Position numbers and translations under genes: made by a program. From the sequence record PQ159479: a DNA stretch of 50,260 bases, one strand, 5' to 3'. Below the pieces are notes generated by a model that did not search any database, was not told where the DNA came from, and saw only the letters and a list, made by a program, of their open reading frames with translations. The stretch is from Escherichia phage Henu4_2. Positions 46,474 to 50,260 of the stretch are shown piece by piece (position 1 is the stretch's first letter; each line of letters starts with the position of its first letter).

Positions 46474-46678
46474 TAAACATGCTCATTTCGTCAATCATCG
46501 CGTAAGCATCACTTTCAGTTATTCGGCGGATTCTACCGCCTGGATGTTCGCCAACAGCGTAACCAGTTTTTACGCGGGTAATCGTTAACTGATGGAATCC
46601 AGAAGCGCGATCCATTTTCAAAACTACTTTCCCGTGAGCTTTGACAATGTTCATGATGGATTCAGTTTTCAGTTTCAT
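46457..46678 (-). CDS. hypothetical protein
   Basis: 73-aa ORF after motif copy; RBS TGGAGAA. Confidence 0.45.
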   Translation of the reverse strand: MKLKTESIMNIVKAHGKVVLKMDRASGFHQLTITRVKTGYAVGEHPGGRIRRITESDAYAMIDEMSMFIEKWG

Positions 46679-46709
46679 TTTTGATTCTCCATTTTGTTTG
46701 TGTGAAAGT

Positions 46710-46757
46710 ATGATACCAATCAGAGCGATATCGTTTTTAGCAATTCGTGCTGTTTAC
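46710..46757 (-). promoter_or_regulatory. conserved early element (minus), TGgTATCAT
   Basis: minus-strand ACAGCACGAATTGCTAAAAA then extended -10 TGGTATCAT. Confidence 0.5.
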
Positions 46758-46904
46758 GGCGATAAACGGATAGCCTGTTAAATCTGCATTTCTATAACGC
46801 GCAGACCTAACCCAACAGCCGCCTTTGCTCATAATTAAAGCGTTTTTATGACGCAGGTTTACGCGGTAAATTCTTCCGGTTTTTATGTTTTTGAAATATG
46901 TCAT
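46737..46904 (-). CDS. small hypothetical protein (55 aa)
   Basis: ATGA-coupled to upstream gene; stop inside motif; below the ORF-track cut-off. Confidence 0.35.
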   Translation of the reverse strand: MTYFKNIKTGRIYRVNLRHKNALIMSKGGCWVRSARYRNADLTGYPFIAVNSTNC

Positions 46905-47098
46905 AGATACGTGATCCTATCTTCTGTTACCCACTCGCAACGCTGGCGCTCAATTGTTTTGCCATATTTTTTATTAATATGATCGCTGTTGTAATCTTCA
47001 AGAGCTTGCAACGCATTTGCTAAATTATTAGCAGTTGCAATAAGTGTTTTATCATTCGCGTCAATTCTGCTAACCAAATAACACGCATAACGGATCAT
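46901..47098 (-). CDS. hypothetical protein
   Basis: 65-aa ORF. Confidence 0.4.
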   Translation of the reverse strand: MIRYACYLVSRIDANDKTLIATANNLANALQALEDYNSDHINKKYGKTIERQRCEWVTEDRITYL

Positions 47099-47328
47099 AA
47101 TTTAACCTCATGATATTCTATAAATTCTTGCACATATGCGCATTCTCGCGGAGACTCCTGGCCTTTTAACACTTCACAGCCACCATTAAACAGATAGCAG
47201 TGCTGGCAAAGGTTGCCGCCTACGTTTTCCTCAGCGATCTGAATTCCGGTACACAAACCGCCACCAAACCTATGAGGAAAATCGTAAGCCTGGCAGCGGC
47301 ACGTTGCTTGATGCCGCTTACGTTTCAT
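47095..47328 (-). CDS. Cys-rich (putative zinc-binding) protein
   Basis: 77 aa with CRC...C..C...C..C...C pattern. Confidence 0.45.
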   Translation of the reverse strand: MKRKRHQATCRCQAYDFPHRFGGGLCTGIQIAEENVGGNLCQHCYLFNGGCEVLKGQESPRECAYVQEFIEYHEVKL

Positions 47329-47609
47329 TAAATGTTCTCACTGATAAACTGGATAACCTGGCGAAGATGTTTTTCATCTTTAATGAATGCTGGCAATTCT
47401 TCCATAACTTCTTTTTTCAGATAAATGTTTGCATTCCATGTGAATGATCCATCACCATTTACGCGGTAAGAACAAAGCCATTCGCAATCATTATCCACTT
47501 CCCAAATGCACAGCGTTTCAAATTCTTCAAACTTGTTGTAACCCGTTTCAATGCTTAACTCAATGCCACGTTTGCCAGCGAAATTAGTAGTTGTTTTTGA
47601 TACCATCAT
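47328..47609 (-). CDS. hypothetical protein
   Basis: 93-aa ORF after motif copy; RBS CCGGAGAA. Confidence 0.45.
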   Translation of the reverse strand: MMVSKTTTNFAGKRGIELSIETGYNKFEEFETLCIWEVDNDCEWLCSYRVNGDGSFTWNANIYLKKEVMEELPAFIKDEKHLRQVIQFISENI

Positions 47610-47640
47610 TTTTAAATTCTCCGGTTCGTTTCGATGAATG

Positions 47641-47686
47641 CATTATGCCAAAACAAACCGGATCGCTTTTAACAAAAAGTGCTATT
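47641..47686 (-). promoter_or_regulatory. conserved early element (minus), CATAAT
   Basis: minus-strand AAATAGCACTTTTTGTTAAAAGC ... GGCATAATG ... TTCATCGAAACGAACC leader. Confidence 0.5.
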
Positions 47687-47867
47687 TAGTGAGTTGATCA
47701 AGCCAATATCTCATTTTTTGCCAGCGTTTAAACCATTGTCTATCTTTTGACAGTTTTTGATCTTTACAATGAAGCATTGCATATAGCAAATACTCTTTTT
47801 CGTTTTCTATTCTCTCAATGAGTCGGCGGCACTTGCCTTTATTAGTAAAGCGGCGCAACAGTTTCAT
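47682..47867 (-). CDS. hypothetical protein
   Basis: 61-aa ORF, stop TAG in motif. Confidence 0.4.
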   Translation of the reverse strand: MKLLRRFTNKGKCRRLIERIENEKEYLLYAMLHCKDQKLSKDRQWFKRWQKMRYWLDQLTK

Positions 47868-48061
47868 TAATCACTCTCCATGACAATTACAGGCTCCAGG
47901 CGCTCAAGCACCACTTTGAAATCGGCGTAAAAAGTAGGGCGGCGTTTTGTTAATTCCTCATATGTATCAGTTGCCAGGCAAGCGCGATCACCTTCATAGC
48001 ACACAACGCGTTTACCATTTGCGCGACTGATTGCAACTACGCGATATGTATTATTGATCAT
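47867..48061 (-). CDS. hypothetical protein
   Basis: 64-aa ORF, RBS GAGGTGA. Confidence 0.4.
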   Translation of the reverse strand: MINNTYRVVAISRANGKRVVCYEGDRACLATDTYEELTKRRPTFYADFKVVLERLEPVIVMESD

Positions 48062-48294
48062 TTTATCACCTCAATTGAATAAATACTTTCAACGCCTGGC
48101 GCGTATAACCGCTTTCCATCTTCAGTTATGCAAAGACAAAGGGCAAGGCCGCGATTGTCTGAAATATGCAAGTCATTTTGTCTATCCATCAAAATTTCAT
48201 ATTCGCGATCTTCATCAAAGCGCCAAACGCTTAACATGCACTTTCCAGATGATTTAACTTTTACTTTCTTTCCGGTGAAATTTAAACGACTCAT
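48058..48294 (-). CDS. hypothetical protein
   Basis: 78-aa ORF, RBS GAGGTGG. Confidence 0.45.
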   Translation of the reverse strand: MSRLNFTGKKVKVKSSGKCMLSVWRFDEDREYEILMDRQNDLHISDNRGLALCLCITEDGKRLYAPGVESIYSIEVIK

Positions 48295-48515
48295 TGCGCC
48301 ACCTCAACAGTTTCAAATACGGTATTGAATGCCAGAAGTTTAAATTTATTGCCTGGTTCAACCACTGCGATATTCCAGGTAATGCCGCCGTGATATGCAA
48401 CCATATCATCAATATCGACGGTGATTTGTGCGCCCTTCTTGAATAAACCTTTCTCATGAGTAGCGTCACGTTCAGTAACTACAGTTTCGAATTGCGTTTG
48501 TTGTTCAAAGTTCAT
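48291..48515 (-). CDS. hypothetical protein
   Basis: 74-aa ORF after motif copy, RBS AAGGAGAA. Confidence 0.45.
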   Translation of the reverse strand: MNFEQQTQFETVVTERDATHEKGLFKKGAQITVDIDDMVAYHGGITWNIAVVEPGNKFKLLAFNTVFETVEVAQ

Positions 48516-48545
48516 CGTTGATTCTCCTTATTGGTTGATGTGTGT

Positions 48546-48590
48546 ATTATGCCGGATTGCTCAGGCGATGTTTTAACAAAAAGTGCTATT
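48546..48590 (-). promoter_or_regulatory. conserved early element (minus), CATAAT
   Basis: minus-strand AATAATAGCACTTTTTGTTAAAAC ... GGCATAATAC ... ATCAACCAATAAGGAG. Confidence 0.5.
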
Positions 48591-48873
48591 ATTCCCCAAC
48601 GATCCCAAAGATAGAAATTATTGAGTTTGTACGGCTGCGGCGATATTTGCGCATAACAACCGTTAAGTTTTCGCCTTGCTGATGACCTAACGTGATCGGC
48701 ATTTCAGATCCATCACCGAATTCATCACCAACCTTTTTTGGCTTTTCCCGCCACGCGCAAATGAAACCAAATTTATCACGCGTGATATATCGGTATATGT
48801 TAGGAAGGGGAATATTAACCCCTTCAAAGTCTACCGTTTGCGTGTAACTGCGAAAATTAAGCGTGGAATTCAT
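48589..48873 (-). CDS. hypothetical protein
   Basis: 94-aa ORF, RBS GGGGAGGTGA. Confidence 0.45.
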   Translation of the reverse strand: MNSTLNFRSYTQTVDFEGVNIPLPNIYRYITRDKFGFICAWREKPKKVGDEFGDGSEMPITLGHQQGENLTVVMRKYRRSRTNSIISIFGIVGE

Positions 48874-49015
48874 AAATCACCTCCCCAAATTCTCCGATTA
48901 CTTGCGCCTTGTAATATCCGCCACGGTTAGCCAACAAATACGCCTGACTAAGTGTTTCAAACACGCGGGTTACTGGCTGGCTGTTTTCGTGTTCCCAGGT
49001 AATCAAAGTAGTCAT
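48857..49015 (-). CDS. small hypothetical protein (52 aa)
   Basis: ATG at 49015 after motif copy and GAGGA RBS; below the ORF-track cut-off. Confidence 0.35.
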   Translation of the reverse strand: MTTLITWEHENSQPVTRVFETLSQAYLLANRGGYYKAQVIGEFGEVIYEFHA

Positions 49016-49040
49016 TGCTAAATCCTCATTTCGTTTCGAT

Positions 49041-49093
49041 GGGATAACTATATCAAGTTACCCCGATCCGGTTTTAACAAAAAATGCTATTTA
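49041..49093 (-). promoter_or_regulatory. conserved early element (minus), stem GGGGTAAC/GTTATCCC with TATAGT in loop
   Basis: minus-strand AAATAGCATTTTTTGTTAAAAC + hairpin + ATCGAAACGAAATGAGGA. Confidence 0.5.
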
Positions 49094-49525
49094 CAGCCAT
49101 TCGCCGGAAACAATGAAATCAGTGAAATCGTCATGATCCAAAATGCTGTGATAGCCAGTGCAATAATCATTTTTAACCATGTGACCACGCAAACGCACAT
49201 AATCAGCCTTTCGATCCGTAATCCAACGAATAAAGCGAGCGTTACGTTGTGGTATCGTTCCGGCGTAAGCCTCTTTGAATCCAATGTGTGCGATGAATGC
49301 CACAAAGCGGATTTGCAAGCCTGGATTGTCTTTCTTTGCCTCGTTAACAAGATCTCGGAAGTTTTCACGCGTTGGCTTGACCGGAACCAATTCGCCTAAC
49401 TCGATCATTCGGTTGAAGTCTGAAATGCTGGAATATGATTGCATAAACAGCCCATCGCTACCAAACATCACAACGCCGTTTTCGATGAAGTAAGTTTGTC
49501 CGTTGTATTTGTTTGTGTATTTCAT
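49091..49525 (-). CDS. hypothetical protein (first gene of right-arm early cluster)
   Basis: 144 aa from ATG 49525 with RBS GAGGAA (ORF is open from 49561). Confidence 0.5.
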   Translation of the reverse strand: MKYTNKYNGQTYFIENGVVMFGSDGLFMQSYSSISDFNRMIELGELVPVKPTRENFRDLVNEAKKDNPGLQIRFVAFIAHIGFKEAYAGTIPQRNARFIRWITDRKADYVRLRGHMVKNDYCTGYHSILDHDDFTDFIVSGEWL

Positions 49526-49556
49526 CGTGAATTCCTCAGTTCGTTTCGATGAAGTA

Positions 49557-49602
49557 ATCATAGCAATTCGTGACTGATTGGTTTTAACAAAAAGTGCTAT
49601 TC
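49557..49602 (-). promoter_or_regulatory. conserved early element (minus) with adjacent half-copy, TATGAT
   Basis: minus-strand GAATAGCACTTTTTGTTAAAACC followed by CACGAATTGCTATGAT and TTCATCGAAACGAAC leader. Confidence 0.5.
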
Positions 49603-49608
49603 ATGCGA

Positions 49609-49638
49609 TAGACCGATTGGTCTAGACCGTTTGGTCTA
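49609..49638. promoter_or_regulatory. two overlapping 16-bp palindromes (operator-like)
   Basis: TAGACCGATTGGTCTA and TAGACCGTTTGGTCTA sharing a central TA. Confidence 0.5.
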
Positions 49639-49670
49639 ATGAACACATCGTTTCTTGTATCGAACGGATT

Positions 49671-49706
49671 CACGATCACGTTATGCGATCACAATATGAT
49701 CACGTT
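49671..49706. repeat. cluster of three GATCAC (Dam-site) repeats at 11-13 bp spacing
   Basis: GATC at 49674, 49687, 49698, each in a CGATCAC context. Confidence 0.5.
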
Positions 49707-49720
49707 GATGATTGATGTGT

Positions 49721-49770
49721 GAGTTGATGTGATGTGATTTGATTAGATTTGATTAGATTTGAGTAGCGAG
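49721..49770. repeat. five tandem 10-bp iteron-like repeats
   Basis: GAGTTGATGT / GATGTGATTT / GATTAGATTT / GATTAGATTT / GAGTAGCGAG. Confidence 0.5.
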
Positions 49771-49919
49771 AGAGTGGAAATAATCACACCTTGCCGATCT
49801 CGTGAAAACTTTTCCGCAAAACATCACACCCTGGCTTGCGCGTTGTCTAAAACGTTCCACGATGTTCACGGGTTTACCTTCCGTAAAAAAGCGAAACAGA
49901 AAACAACAATGAATCACCC

Positions 49920-50080
49920 TATAACATACTAAAAAGTAAGATAATTTTATTTATATATCTATAAAAGTTTCTAGTTGTTTAGCTTGTTCTCTATATATAG
50001 GGATACCCCACGTATATTTTCTAACTTTATATGGTTATGTGTATGCTCCAGGGTATATGTATATATATGGGTATGTTCCG
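49920..50080. repeat. AT-rich low-complexity region (control region B, related to 28430-28620)
   Basis: shares TATATATCTAT, GTTCTCTAT and TATATATGGTATG blocks with region A. Confidence 0.5.
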
Positions 50081-50199
50081 AAATCGGCGTAGTTTTTGAA
50101 AACGCGCCGCAAAACATTGAAATCAAAGGCGATAAACACAAAAAGGCGTCTAAACAGAACAATATTCTGATTGTAGACATAAGAACAACAGAAAAAACT

Positions 50200-50228
50200 T
50201 TGACTATGCGCCAGCACATCAGCATAAT
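50200..50228 (+). promoter_or_regulatory. near-consensus sigma70 promoter (TTGACT-17-CATAAT) for gene 1
   Basis: TTGACT 50200-50205, CATAAT 50223-50228; ATCAAAACCAATCAGGAGAAAACCCT leader runs to the window end; ATG at position 1 on circularisation. Confidence 0.65.
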
Positions 50229-50260
50229 GCACACATCAAAACCAATCAGGAGAAAACCCT

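Noticed and set aside
1-50260. Search for integrase, excisionase or CI-like repressor with attP (temperate lifestyle)
   Set aside because: No tyrosine or serine recombinase-like ORF of suitable size or motif was found; the single HTH regulator lacks a partnered integrase, so the phage is read as virulent.

Overview
The window looks like a complete, or nearly complete, ~50.3 kb genome of a virulent lambda-tailed siphovirus of an enterobacterial host, most similar in layout to T1-like (Drexlerviridae-type) phages. It is linearised at the start codon of gene 1: the promoter and Shine-Dalgarno for that gene sit at the 3' end of the window. No integrase, tRNA or CRISPR array was seen. All domain calls are from reading the translations for remembered family motifs; no database search or folding was run.

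Layout:
- 1-8306 (+): about 27 small early genes, mostly of unknown function, including a HAD phosphatase, a P-loop kinase and a DUF550-like protein.
- 8394-28320 (+): late structural module - terminase small and large subunits, portal, Mu-F-like head morphogenesis protein, scaffold, major capsid, tail chaperones G/GT with a -1 frameshift, tape measure, and lambda-like M, L, K, I and J.
- 28781-31398 (+): recombination module - PD-(D/E)XK exonuclease, Erf-like annealing protein, SSB.
- 31718-35758 (-): tail fibre with a C-terminal S74 chaperone domain, primase, and an HTH protein.
- 35847-42478 (+): helicase, VRR-NUC nuclease, lipoprotein, Dam methylase, HTH-metallophosphoesterase, then the lysis cassette (holin, SAR-type endolysin, unimolecular spanin).
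- 42492-49525 (-): right-arm early cluster, including a DUF3987-like P-loop protein, a candidate cytosine-5 methyltransferase and several Cys-rich mini-proteins.
- 49600-50260: non-coding control region.

Most notable observations:
- An orientation-specific ~20-bp element (consensus AATAGCACTTTTTGCTAAAAC) recurs at least 18 times upstream of early genes, followed at fixed spacing by a -10-like hexamer that is usually embedded in a stem-loop whose arms co-vary.
- Late genes are each preceded by a terminator-like hairpin and T-run that abuts the ribosome-binding site.
- Two related AT-rich control regions each end in a near-consensus sigma70 promoter.
- The control region at 49.6-49.8 kb carries tandem palindromes, a GATC cluster and 10-bp iteron-like repeats, making it a candidate origin or pac region.
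- A divergent promoter pair with overlapping -10 elements sits between the HTH gene and the helicase operon.
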